DNA of 64,000 nucleotides, from the NCBI GenBank assembly GCA_019057865.1, contig JAHLWP010000010.1, positions 54,086-118,085 of the forward strand. Reading direction: 5' to 3'. Positions 9,030 to 17,888 of this stretch are shown here, in pieces (positions within the stretch are counted from its first letter, which is position 1; the number at the start of each line of letters is the position of its first letter). The DNA is from Promethearchaeota archaeon (GTDB lineage Archaea; Asgardarchaeota; Lokiarchaeia; Sigyniarchaeales; SOKP01). The translations under genes and the position numbers were made by a program. Under the pieces are notes generated by a model. The model worked only from the letters and a program-made list of their open reading frames with translations. It had not been told where the DNA came from and did not search any database.

Positions 9030-10375
9030 GGTTTTTTCAACCCCTCCTCATTTGTCATTACTATAACCGCAGCATATGCCGCTCCAGGGCCTCCTATTGA
9101 GTGAGCAATAGCTCTGCCATTTTCAATTGTTTTTATTTGATGCTTTCCAGCATCCTCTCTAAGCTGAAGTGCTGCTTCACCTGTAGACATTATCCCGGTA
9201 GCACCAACAGCATGACCACATCCAATTAATCCACCGCAAGGGCAACATGGTAATTCACCATCTAACCATGGCCCCTCCCCTGGTTTTTCAAAGGATTTTT
9301 CAATCCATGGACCACCTTCCCCAAAAGGAACAAACCCAAGCTCCTCATAAGAGATGACTTCTTATCCAGAGAATATCGAACTGATATTCATTGTCCTGAG
9401 AAGGCATCATGGAGCTCTGCTAAATCAATTTGTTCCTTTATTTTATTATAGTCTAAGCCTGCCATCTTATACGCGGCTTTTGCAGCAAAAATATTTGAAT
9501 ATAACCTTCCCATATCTTCTCTATTTCCTATAAAACAATCGGTATTTGCTGCTGCGACACCAGTAATCCAAATCGGCTTTTCAATTTTTAATTCTCTTAC
9601 TTTTTCTTCACTTGCGAGAATTAATGCTGCTGATGCTTCTGAATATAAACAACAATCAAGCATCTTGAAGGGATGACAAATTATCCTTGAGTATAGGACA
9701 TCATCTAAGGAAATTTTCATAGGGGATTGTGCTTTTGGATTGAGCATAGCATTCCCATGGTTTTTTACGCTAACTTTAGCCAATTTTAACTAATTGTTAA
9801 GATTTAAAGCCATTTGTTCTTCGGTAGGATTACCGAATTCTTCATAATGGGCGTTTACCATAGAAACGTACGAGGTTGCTGCCATCATTCCCATAGGATA
9901 TTTACGAAATATGTAGAACTTACACCATTTTTTCGTAAGTCATATCAGTAGAATAGGCGATGGCATTCAAAACTTCAGGTGTCGTAGTTCCTGTTTGTTC
10001 GTCATAGCAATCATTGCATTTTTCGACTCCTATACATAAACATAAGTCAGATAAGCCAGAAGCTACTTCTGCAAAAGCCATTCGGACAGTATATCCTCCT
10101 GTTGCTCCTCCTGTTGCTATACGAGTACCAGGTTTATTATTCATCCCTATATAGGAATTACAAAAAATATCTGGCATAAATTGTCTTTCAAATAGCTCAT
10201 TATAGATTCCATATACCGTAGATTGTAAATCCTTATGAGTTATTTCAGCACCGTTATTATTTGCGTCCTCAAGTGCTAATTTTGTTGCATCATATGCTAA
10301 TTCAAAATATGTCTTATCTAAATACTGGGCTTTAAAAGGAGTAATTCCTATACCTATAATCGCAACTTTCTTCAC
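9026..10375 (-). CDS. Thiolase-superfamily (SCP-x/Ltp-like) protein, 4 exons (10375-9932, 9900-9806, 9775-9393, 9363-9026), 419 aa after removing three predicted BHB introns
   Basis: 1350 nt minus 31+30+29 nt = 1260 nt = 419 codons plus stop. Spliced junctions read DMTYE/YPMG, EEQMAL/VSVKNH and ELHDAFSGQ/EVISYEELG. C-terminal GGLIGCGHAVGATG. The stop overlaps the DUF35 ATG (ATGA). Confidence 0.88.
9364..9392 (-). other. Predicted BHB mRNA intron 3 of thiolase 1 (29 nt)
   Basis: mRNA: GAUGCCUUCU-CAGG-AC^A-AUGAAUAUC(AGUUC)GAUAUUCU-CUGG-AU^A-AGAAGUCAUC. Exon stem 9/10 bp; central helix has one A.G mismatch. Removal restores the frame. Confidence 0.75.
9776..9805 (-). other. Predicted BHB mRNA intron 2 of thiolase 1 (30 nt)
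   Basis: mRNA: AAU-GGCU-UU^A-AAUCUUAAC(AAUUA)GUUAAAAUU-GGCU-AA^A-GUU. Contains an in-frame UAG. Spliced product is MALVSVKNH. Confidence 0.85.
9901..9931 (-). other. Predicted BHB mRNA intron 1 of thiolase 1 (31 nt)
   Basis: mRNA: U-UACG-AA^A-AAAUGGUGUA(AGUUC)UACAUAUUU-CGUA-AA^U-A. Perfect 4-bp central helix. Spliced product is TYEYPMG. Confidence 0.85.
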
Positions 10376-10542
10376 ATTTTTTCACATTTTATATTATTTT
10401 ATGTTTTTTGATATTAGATATATTTATTATATATTCTTTTCCAATTTTTTTTAGAGAGTAAATCGTTAAAAGTTTAAATCTTACATTATTTAATTCTATA
10501 ATTGTATTATAATTAACAGTTTGTTAACAAAAGTGAAAAAAA

Positions 10543-11577
10543 TTGGTTTTAGAGACAAATATAACTGAAATGTTAGGAATTAAGCATCCAATTGTTGGAG
10601 CACCTATGGGACCTTTTTATACAACTGAATTAACGGTAGCAGTATCTGAAGCGGGAGGATTAGGAGTTTTAAGTCATACTAATTTATTCGGTAAAAGCAG
10701 TACTGAAGAAATGAAGAAAAATATGGAATATGTTATTGAACATACAGATAAACCTTTTGGTTTTAATATTAGAACAGCAAGGATGCAAATGGATGCTATA
10801 AAACTTTGTAGAGAAATACCCAAGTTCATTATGAGCAAACCAAAATTAAGGGAACAGGTAAGATATGCAATAACTTCTGCTGGTTCCGCTCGTATGTTGC
10901 TAAGAAGTAAAAATTACCAGAAATTAAAAGAAGTGTCTGATATCAGAAATTTCCATGTAGCTCCAGCATTTTGGTTAGCTAGAAAATGCGTAGAGGCAGG
11001 AGTTGATGGGCTTGTAGTAACTGGATTTGAAGGGGGTGGTCATCAATCATATGAGAAAACATCTACCTTAGTTTTGATTCAACAGGTAAAACAAGCATTT
11101 CCTGATATTCCCATAATTGCATGTGGAGGATTTGCAACGGGTGTAGGGCTTGCTGGAGCATTAGCAATGGGAGCAGGAGCGATAGCTATGGGAACTAGAT
11201 TCATTGCATCAAAAGATAGTGAATTTCATGAAAATTATAAACAAATTGTAGCTCCTGCGAAAGCTCCTGATACAACAGTAGTCACAGGATTTATAGCTCC
11301 AATAAGATTATGGAAAAATACATACACATCCCATCATGATACTGTGAAAAATAAAAATGAGAAACTCGTAAAGGAGAGTGAAATGTTAATACAAGATTTG
11401 CTTATTGATCAAAAGAATTATGAAATGGTATATGAAGGGTATATAGAAAATAGTGCTGTTCCTTTAGGTCAAAGTTGTGGTATAATCAATAGTATCGATA
11501 ATGTAAAAGATATTATTGAAAATATAGTAAAAGATGCAGAAATTTACCTTAAAAATTCAAATAACTTTATAAAATAA
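10543..11577 (+). CDS. Nitronate monooxygenase / FabK-like flavoprotein
   Basis: PIVGAPM, AVSEAGGLG, GFEGGGH, IACGG, MGTRF. Confidence 0.9.
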   Translation: MVLETNITEMLGIKHPIVGAPMGPFYTTELTVAVSEAGGLGVLSHTNLFGKSSTEEMKKNMEYVIEHTDKPFGFNIRTARMQMDAIKLCREIPKFIMSKPKLREQVRYAITSAGSARMLLRSKNYQKLKEVSDIRNFHVAPAFWLARKCVEAGVDGLVVTGFEGGGHQSYEKTSTLVLIQQVKQAFPDIPIIACGGFATGVGLAGALAMGAGAIAMGTRFIASKDSEFHENYKQIVAPAKAPDTTVVTGFIAPIRLWKNTYTSHHDTVKNKNEKLVKESEMLIQDLLIDQKNYEMVYEGYIENSAVPLGQSCGIINSIDNVKDIIENIVKDAEIYLKNSNNFIK

Positions 11578-11606
11578 ATTGATATTATAAAAAAAAATAA
11601 TTTTGA

Positions 11607-13385
11607 TTATTCTTTAGTTCTTAATTCACGCCGTAATATTTTACCTACTACAGACTTGGGCAATTCTGGGATAATTTCTATTATCCTTGGATATTTAAAT
11701 GCTGAAATATTAGTTTTACACCATTCCATTAGGTCTTCTTTTGAAACTTTATCTTGATATTCAGGTTTAAGCGAGACATAAGCTTTTATATTCTCTTCCA
11801 CTTCTGGATCTGGAACTCCAACAACGCCAACTTCATTAATAGCTTCATGAAGATACATTAGATCTTCAACTTCTCTTGGAAATACAGAGTGTCCCTTATA
11901 TTTAATCATATCTCTTTTACGGTCCTTGATATGTAGGTATCCATCGTGGTCTATACAACCAATATCCGTCGTATAATACCAAGTTCTTCCTTTTGAATCT
12001 TTTCTCAATGCATATTCAGTAGCTTCTGGTCTATTTAAATAACCTAGAAATACTTGGGGTCCACAACCACAAATTTCTCCAATATATTTTGCCTCATCTG
12101 GTCCGCAGTCATCACAATTATCATTAGGGCATTGAGGCAAAATTTTTGTGCCATCTTCAGGATCAACAATTTTTATCAATGTATCTGAAACGGGGAAGCC
12201 TACTGTATTTTCCTTATATTTATGGAATGGTGTGACCGTTAATATTGGACTTGTCTCGCTCATTCCAAAACCTTCTACGATTAACGCACCAGTGATATCT
12301 TCAAATTCCTGTTTCACCTCTAAAGGGAGAGCAGAAGCCCCACTTAAGCATGCAATAAGAGAATCAAGTTTTCCTTTATACTTGATGGAACCTGGGTCTT
12401 GACTAATCTTATTCCATAAAGTTGGCACACCAGGACCAAAAGCTATGCTTTCTTGTTTAATCATTTTTAATATCTTTGAAAGCTTAGCAGGTGGTTTTAT
12501 AAATAAAACTAGTTTATATCCATGATACACTCCAATATTCATTGCTATTGATAATGCAAATTCATGTGCTAAAGGTAATACAACAAACATTCCCCCTTTA
12601 CCTAAAGTTTCTTCTACTTTTGGTAGTTGAGTTCGCACAAAAGTGCTACCCTGTTGCGCGTTTACCACAAAATTAAAATGTGACATCATACACCCTTTTG
12701 GAAGCCCTGTAGTACCTCCAGTATATATCAAAGTAGAAACGTCTTCTATAGGATTTATATTCACGGCTGGTAACTCTATCGGAAGTCCTCTTGTTAAAAA
12801 GTCTTGAAATTTATGGAAATTCACATCTCCAACTTTTGTTGGCCATTTTTTCATTCTTGGAACCTTTCCTAAAGCGGTCCCTAATTTAGCCTTCATTGGG
12901 GGCAGATATTCAGCAATTCCAGTCAATATAATATCCTTTAATGTAGGCATTTTACTCAATTCATTGCCATGTAAATATTCTTCATAGAGTATATCTAAAA
13001 TAATCAAAACTTTTCCTTTAGAATCATTTGTTTGATGAACAATTTCTGTAAATCTATTTAATGGAATGATGGGATTAGCAATAGCACCAATTCGAACTAT
13101 ACCAAAATATGTAATTACAAATTGAGGGACATTAGGTAAATCTATAAGTATAACATCCCCCTTTTTAATTCCCATTCTTGCGAGGGCTGTAGCAAATTGA
13201 TCTGCTGCTTCATCTAATTCTTTATATGTCATCTGAAATCCTTCAAAATAAATAGCTTGACTTTCTGGGTACGTCTCAGCTGTATTTCTTAACATCTGTC
13301 CTAAGGATATTTCATCATAGTCAATATGGCGAGGTGTTTCTTTAGGCCATAACTTCATCCAATACTCAGTAATTTCATCACTCAT
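11607..13385 (-). CDS. Long-chain fatty acid-CoA ligase (AMP-binding)
   Basis: YTGGTTGLPKG, EGFGMSETSP, DRKRDMI, PKSVVGKILRR. Confidence 0.93.
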   Translation of the reverse strand: MSDEITEYWMKLWPKETPRHIDYDEISLGQMLRNTAETYPESQAIYFEGFQMTYKELDEAADQFATALARMGIKKGDVILIDLPNVPQFVITYFGIVRIGAIANPIIPLNRFTEIVHQTNDSKGKVLIILDILYEEYLHGNELSKMPTLKDIILTGIAEYLPPMKAKLGTALGKVPRMKKWPTKVGDVNFHKFQDFLTRGLPIELPAVNINPIEDVSTLIYTGGTTGLPKGCMMSHFNFVVNAQQGSTFVRTQLPKVEETLGKGGMFVVLPLAHEFALSIAMNIGVYHGYKLVLFIKPPAKLSKILKMIKQESIAFGPGVPTLWNKISQDPGSIKYKGKLDSLIACLSGASALPLEVKQEFEDITGALIVEGFGMSETSPILTVTPFHKYKENTVGFPVSDTLIKIVDPEDGTKILPQCPNDNCDDCGPDEAKYIGEICGCGPQVFLGYLNRPEATEYALRKDSKGRTWYYTTDIGCIDHDGYLHIKDRKRDMIKYKGHSVFPREVEDLMYLHEAINEVGVVGVPDPEVEENIKAYVSLKPEYQDKVSKEDLMEWCKTNISAFKYPRIIEIIPELPKSVVGKILRRELRTKE

Positions 13386-13504
13386 ATTAAATCAATTTTG
13401 AATTTTCTGTAAATATGAATAATATTAATTCAATGAATATTTAAAATTTTAATAAAAATCAGAGTCAATTTCAGAATAAATATTAATATAGAACAATACC
13501 TAAG

Positions 13505-13942
13505 TTATATTCTCATCTTATATAAATTTTTATCAGGGACATAACTCATCATAATCAAATCATCTCTTATATCCCAGCCCAAATTAAAATAAAAATCTAC
13601 AACCTGCTTATTATATTTTTCAATGAATAAATGAACTTTATGTACTCTCATTTTATGAAACCTTGCAATTAATTCATCTATCAACATTTTACCATATCTT
13701 CTTTTTTGGTAATCAGGTTCTACAGCTAGATGATGGATATATCCTCTTCTTCCATCGAATCCTCCCATTACAACACCAATGATTTTCTCATTTACCCTAC
13801 CTATTAGGAAAAGATTTGGATTTCTTTTAAGCATTCTTTGGATTTCCTCTCTCGTATCAGTGGAACCTGCACTAATTCCTGCCTTTCTCCAAAGATTAAT
13901 TACATCTTCATATAATTCCATAGAAAATTTTTCGATTTTCAT
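13505..13942 (-). CDS. GNAT acetyltransferase (YpeA-like)
   Basis: GGFDGRRGYIHHLAVEPDYQKRRYGK. Confidence 0.9.
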   Translation of the reverse strand: MKIEKFSMELYEDVINLWRKAGISAGSTDTREEIQRMLKRNPNLFLIGRVNEKIIGVVMGGFDGRRGYIHHLAVEPDYQKRRYGKMLIDELIARFHKMRVHKVHLFIEKYNKQVVDFYFNLGWDIRDDLIMMSYVPDKNLYKMRI

Positions 13943-13990
13943 CTTATTGAGATATTTAACAAACTTTTTAAGTTTTTTATTAGGAATATT

Positions 13991-16075
13991 TTAGTTATTA
14001 AAAGATTCTAGAGATAATCTGGATATATTTTTCCTTACTTCTGTTTTATCATCAACAATCTTTTTTACATATTCTGAGATTTCTTTTCTTTTATTAATGT
14101 CCGAGGAGATTGGTAAGATTACGTCCATAATTCTGTTTCCAATCGTTGCAATTGTTCCTTGAACAAAAGTAATTGCTTGAATTTGTTTTTGCACAATATC
14201 TAAATTCAATAAATATAAAAGGAGATAAGAATCAATAAATTCATTATTTTCTAATACTTTTATCTGGAATATATGACTTTGAATTATTATTTTAGTATCT
14301 AAGCTAGTTATATAAGCAGTTTTTCCAATCAAATTAGGCCCACCATCCTTAACTAATAGGATGTCTCCTTCTTCTATATTCTGTTTTAGTTTATAATGCT
14401 TATAAACTTCTTCACTTGTCTTTTTATATGAATCTAAATTTATTTCCCAATTATTTATTTCACTGGTCCGAATAAATGGAATATCACCTAAACCATAAAC
14501 ATGAGATCCTATTTCATCTCCTCGAGGGAGATAACCACCCTTATTAGTATAAATTATTTTTTGGTTTGTTAAATTTTTAATACTTAAAAGTGTGAAATTT
14601 TTATCATCTGCCAGTCTCTTTAAAGTTTTTTCTACACCGATATAATAAATCGGGATGAAAATTTTATCTTTAATCTGGCTAAATTTAATCTTAAAGATTT
14701 TTTGTTCCTTTAAATAGTCAAATTCTTCAGCCTTTCTTATTTTTAAGTGTAAACCTATGAGGTCATCGTTTACTATTGGATAGCCTGCAGAATCTAATTT
14801 TTTACTTCCATCTTTATTCAATTTATATGAAACCTTACCATCTTTATCATGTCCCACATTTTCCACAATTGCAAAATCAATTGTATAATCTGCCGGAATA
14901 TTATTTAATTTTTGAAAGAATAAAATACTTGTTTTATTACATGTATAAGGTTGAAAGGTATTCTGATCTAATGAGATAATAGCTAAGATTTTACCATTAG
15001 AAGTTAAATATTCCCAGATATAGCGATCTGTAGGATTTCCGAATATCCCTTCTGGTAAGACAATACCTAGCTTTCCTCCATCTTTAAGGAACTGAATGCA
15101 CCTTTCAATAAATAAAACTTGGGGTGGTTGTTGTTTTACTAACTTTTCTTGCATTTTCCACTCATCACCAATATTTTTCCAAATATGACCAAGCTTGTAA
15201 TCTTTTAAAATTTCTTTATCGTTTATAGGAATTTTAACACCAAACGGAGGATTAGTAAAAATATAATCAAAGAAATTGTCTTTTATTACTTCTTTTGCTT
15301 GAGTTCCATAACTTTTGGGATCCAAAGAATCCTCACAAAAAATATTAGATTTTCCATTACTCAATATTTCTAAGTATAATTTACTAATTTTTGCTAAGAA
15401 GAGGTCTTTATCAATACCAAATAAATTTGAAATAGAATTAATTCTTTTTTCTTCAGAGCTGATTTTTGACCATAACAATTCCTTTACTTCAAGAAGGAAC
15501 CCGCCATGACCACACCCGGGATCTAGTAGTTTTGCATCAACAGTAGGATCTAAATAATGTACCATGAATTCAATGATATTTGGAGGGGTAAAAAATTGCC
15601 CTCCTTCATCTTTTAAAATCTTACTTACAAAAATCTCAAAAGCATCACTTAATATGTCTTTAGAGGATTTTAATAATGAAATCTGCTGTAATTCTTTCAC
15701 AATTAGGTATAAAAGTTCTTTATTTAGGCTAATTTGCTCGTTTTCACTAATTATATCCTTATATTTTTCTTTAACATTTTTTTCGAATAGTTTTTGTATT
15801 CTTTCAAATAAATCTTCTATTGATTCACCTTTTTTAATACAAAAATCCACAATTTCATTATCATCCTTGCTAATTTCATCAGTTAATTTACAAAGTAAGA
15901 GATTTATTATTTCTTTAGATCTTGTCCTTGTATCTGTATCAGTTTGTTTTAATTTAGCATATAAATGTTGATTAATTGAGATAAAGGTCTTCTTTAAATT
16001 TGGAGACTTTATTAGATCTTCTTTTTTAATTCCATTGGACCCTATTTCTAAGAAATCGGTAATGTGAACAGGCAT
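13991..16075 (-). CDS. N6-adenine DNA methyltransferase (HsdM-like) fused to a specificity (TRD) domain
   Basis: GQFFTP, LDPGCGHGGFL (motif I), NPPF (motif IV), VLPEG; C-terminal IPFIRTSEI..GDILL..IGKTA HsdS-like region. Confidence 0.88.
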   Translation of the reverse strand: MPVHITDFLEIGSNGIKKEDLIKSPNLKKTFISINQHLYAKLKQTDTDTRTRSKEIINLLLCKLTDEISKDDNEIVDFCIKKGESIEDLFERIQKLFEKNVKEKYKDIISENEQISLNKELLYLIVKELQQISLLKSSKDILSDAFEIFVSKILKDEGGQFFTPPNIIEFMVHYLDPTVDAKLLDPGCGHGGFLLEVKELLWSKISSEEKRINSISNLFGIDKDLFLAKISKLYLEILSNGKSNIFCEDSLDPKSYGTQAKEVIKDNFFDYIFTNPPFGVKIPINDKEILKDYKLGHIWKNIGDEWKMQEKLVKQQPPQVLFIERCIQFLKDGGKLGIVLPEGIFGNPTDRYIWEYLTSNGKILAIISLDQNTFQPYTCNKTSILFFQKLNNIPADYTIDFAIVENVGHDKDGKVSYKLNKDGSKKLDSAGYPIVNDDLIGLHLKIRKAEEFDYLKEQKIFKIKFSQIKDKIFIPIYYIGVEKTLKRLADDKNFTLLSIKNLTNQKIIYTNKGGYLPRGDEIGSHVYGLGDIPFIRTSEINNWEINLDSYKKTSEEVYKHYKLKQNIEEGDILLVKDGGPNLIGKTAYITSLDTKIIIQSHIFQIKVLENNEFIDSYLLLYLLNLDIVQKQIQAITFVQGTIATIGNRIMDVILPISSDINKRKEISEYVKKIVDDKTEVRKNISRLSLESFNN

Positions 16076-16162
16076 ATTTTTTATATATTAAAAATTACCT
16101 ATTACTCACTATATTCAATAAGACTATTATTATTTTTTATTAAATGAAAATTAATTTTATAT

Positions 16163-16945
16163 ATGTCTCTAAAAGATCTCGATATCGGAGAATACATTGA
16201 ATTTAATGTAAAGAAGAGATTTGCAATAATAACACTTAATAGGGTTCATAGATCAAATGCATTTACAATTGAGCAATTAAGATTCTTAAAAAAAGCAATA
16301 GAATATTGTCAAAATTCAGAAAAAATTCGAGGTTTAATCCTAACTGCAAATGGAACAACTTTTAGTACAGGTATGGACTTGGATTTTATTGATGGTAGTG
16401 ATCATAATGCTGTAAAAGACCTTGAGAGAACTGCTGCTGAGATTTGTATGTTATTATTTAATGGAAAGCCTGCGATTGCGGCTATAAATGGCCGTTGTTT
16501 AGGTGAGGGTGTTGTATTTCTTTTATGTTGTGATTATAGGATAAATGTTAAAGACACTTATTTCCAATATCCTGAAATCTTTTCTGGTATTTTTCCGGGT
16601 ACAGGTTGTATAGTATTAATGACTAGAATTATCGGGATTCCTTGGACAAAAAGGATGTTAATGCTAGCTGAAAAGATTAGCTCTGAAAAGGCGTTAGAAA
16701 TTGGGTTAATTGATCAAATAGTTGATTCCAAAGAAGAATTGATGCAAGCTGCTATTGATAAGGCAAAATTTCTCTTTCCTAAAAATCAAACTGTTCTTAA
16801 TGCTATTAAATTGTGTTCAAATCATTTACTTGATAAAATTTATCATAAAGCTTACGAATTAGAAAAAGAGGCTTCAGGGTGGTTTGAATATGATAATAAA
16901 AATAAATTCATAAGTGATTTTAGAGAAAAGTTATCATCATTATAA
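16163..16945 (+). CDS. Enoyl-CoA hydratase/isomerase family protein
   Basis: ITLNR..NA, FSTGMDL, KPAIAAING, PE..GIFPG. Confidence 0.9.
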   Translation: MSLKDLDIGEYIEFNVKKRFAIITLNRVHRSNAFTIEQLRFLKKAIEYCQNSEKIRGLILTANGTTFSTGMDLDFIDGSDHNAVKDLERTAAEICMLLFNGKPAIAAINGRCLGEGVVFLLCCDYRINVKDTYFQYPEIFSGIFPGTGCIVLMTRIIGIPWTKRMLMLAEKISSEKALEIGLIDQIVDSKEELMQAAIDKAKFLFPKNQTVLNAIKLCSNHLLDKIYHKAYELEKEASGWFEYDNKNKFISDFREKLSSL

Positions 16946-16988
16946 TTTTAATGATATTGAAAAGAAAAAAAAGTGAAAAAGAATAAAA

Positions 16989-17765
16989 ATGTCATTTGAA
17001 GGTTTAGAATTTGGAGAATTTATAGAATTTTCTATAAAAAAAAGATTTGGAATAATTACCCTAAATAGAGCAGAACGAGCAAATGCTTTAACTACTGAAA
17101 TGTTAAAAGATTTGAAAAGAGCAATTGAGTATTGTATGGATAATGTAAAAATAAGAGGAATTATATTGACTGGAAATGGTTCAAGTTTTACAACGGGAAT
17201 GGATATTGATTCTATAGATGGAAGTAATCATGCTGCTGTTAAAGAATATGAACAAACCGCTGCCTTTATCGCGAAATCAATATATTATGGAAAACCAACC
17301 ATTTGTGCTATTAATGGTAAGGCAATGGGTGATGGTGTTGCCTATTCTCTATGCTCTGATTATCGAATAGCTGTTAAAGAAAGTTTTTTTATGATGCCTG
17401 AAATAAATTTAGGTATTTTTCCTGGAACTGGAACAATTGTGTTAATGACAAGAGTTATTGGGATACCTTGGACAAAAAAAATACTTATGTTTGCTGAAAA
17501 ATTAAGCTCTGAAAAAGCGTTAGAAATTGGATTAATTGATCAAATAGTTGATTCCCAAGAAGAATTGATGCAAGCTGCTATTGATAAAGCAAAATTTCTC
17601 TTTCCTAAAAATCAAACTGTTCTTAATGCTATTAAATTATGTAGTAACCATTTACTTGATAAATCATATAAAGAAGCATATGAATTAGAAAAATATGGGT
17701 CTGCTTGGTATGAGTATGAAGATAGAGATCAATATATTAAGGATTTTAGAAAGAGACTCTATTAA
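16989..17765 (+). CDS. Enoyl-CoA hydratase/isomerase family protein (tandem paralog)
   Basis: ITLNRAERANAL, FTTGMDI, KPTICAING, MPEINLGIFPG. Confidence 0.9.
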   Translation: MSFEGLEFGEFIEFSIKKRFGIITLNRAERANALTTEMLKDLKRAIEYCMDNVKIRGIILTGNGSSFTTGMDIDSIDGSNHAAVKEYEQTAAFIAKSIYYGKPTICAINGKAMGDGVAYSLCSDYRIAVKESFFMMPEINLGIFPGTGTIVLMTRVIGIPWTKKILMFAEKLSSEKALEIGLIDQIVDSQEELMQAAIDKAKFLFPKNQTVLNAIKLCSNHLLDKSYKEAYELEKYGSAWYEYEDRDQYIKDFRKRLY

Positions 17766-17888
17766 AAGAAAGACTTTTTTGAAGATAATAATTAATCAAA
17801 AAAGTCGATAATCTCAAATAAATTAAAACTTTTTAACTAATTCTATCAATATTAATTATTAACAACTTCATTTTATTAAAAATTAAAG

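Noticed and set aside
9275-9320. Possible in-frame fourth intron in thiolase 1 (UGGU-CCA...ACCA-GGG around hairpin GGAUU-GAAA-AAUCC)
   Set aside because: No exon stem, no stop codon, and removing 30 nt makes the GEGG-to-GELP spacing shorter than in thiolase 2 (7 versus 11 aa). Worth a glance in RNA-seq only.
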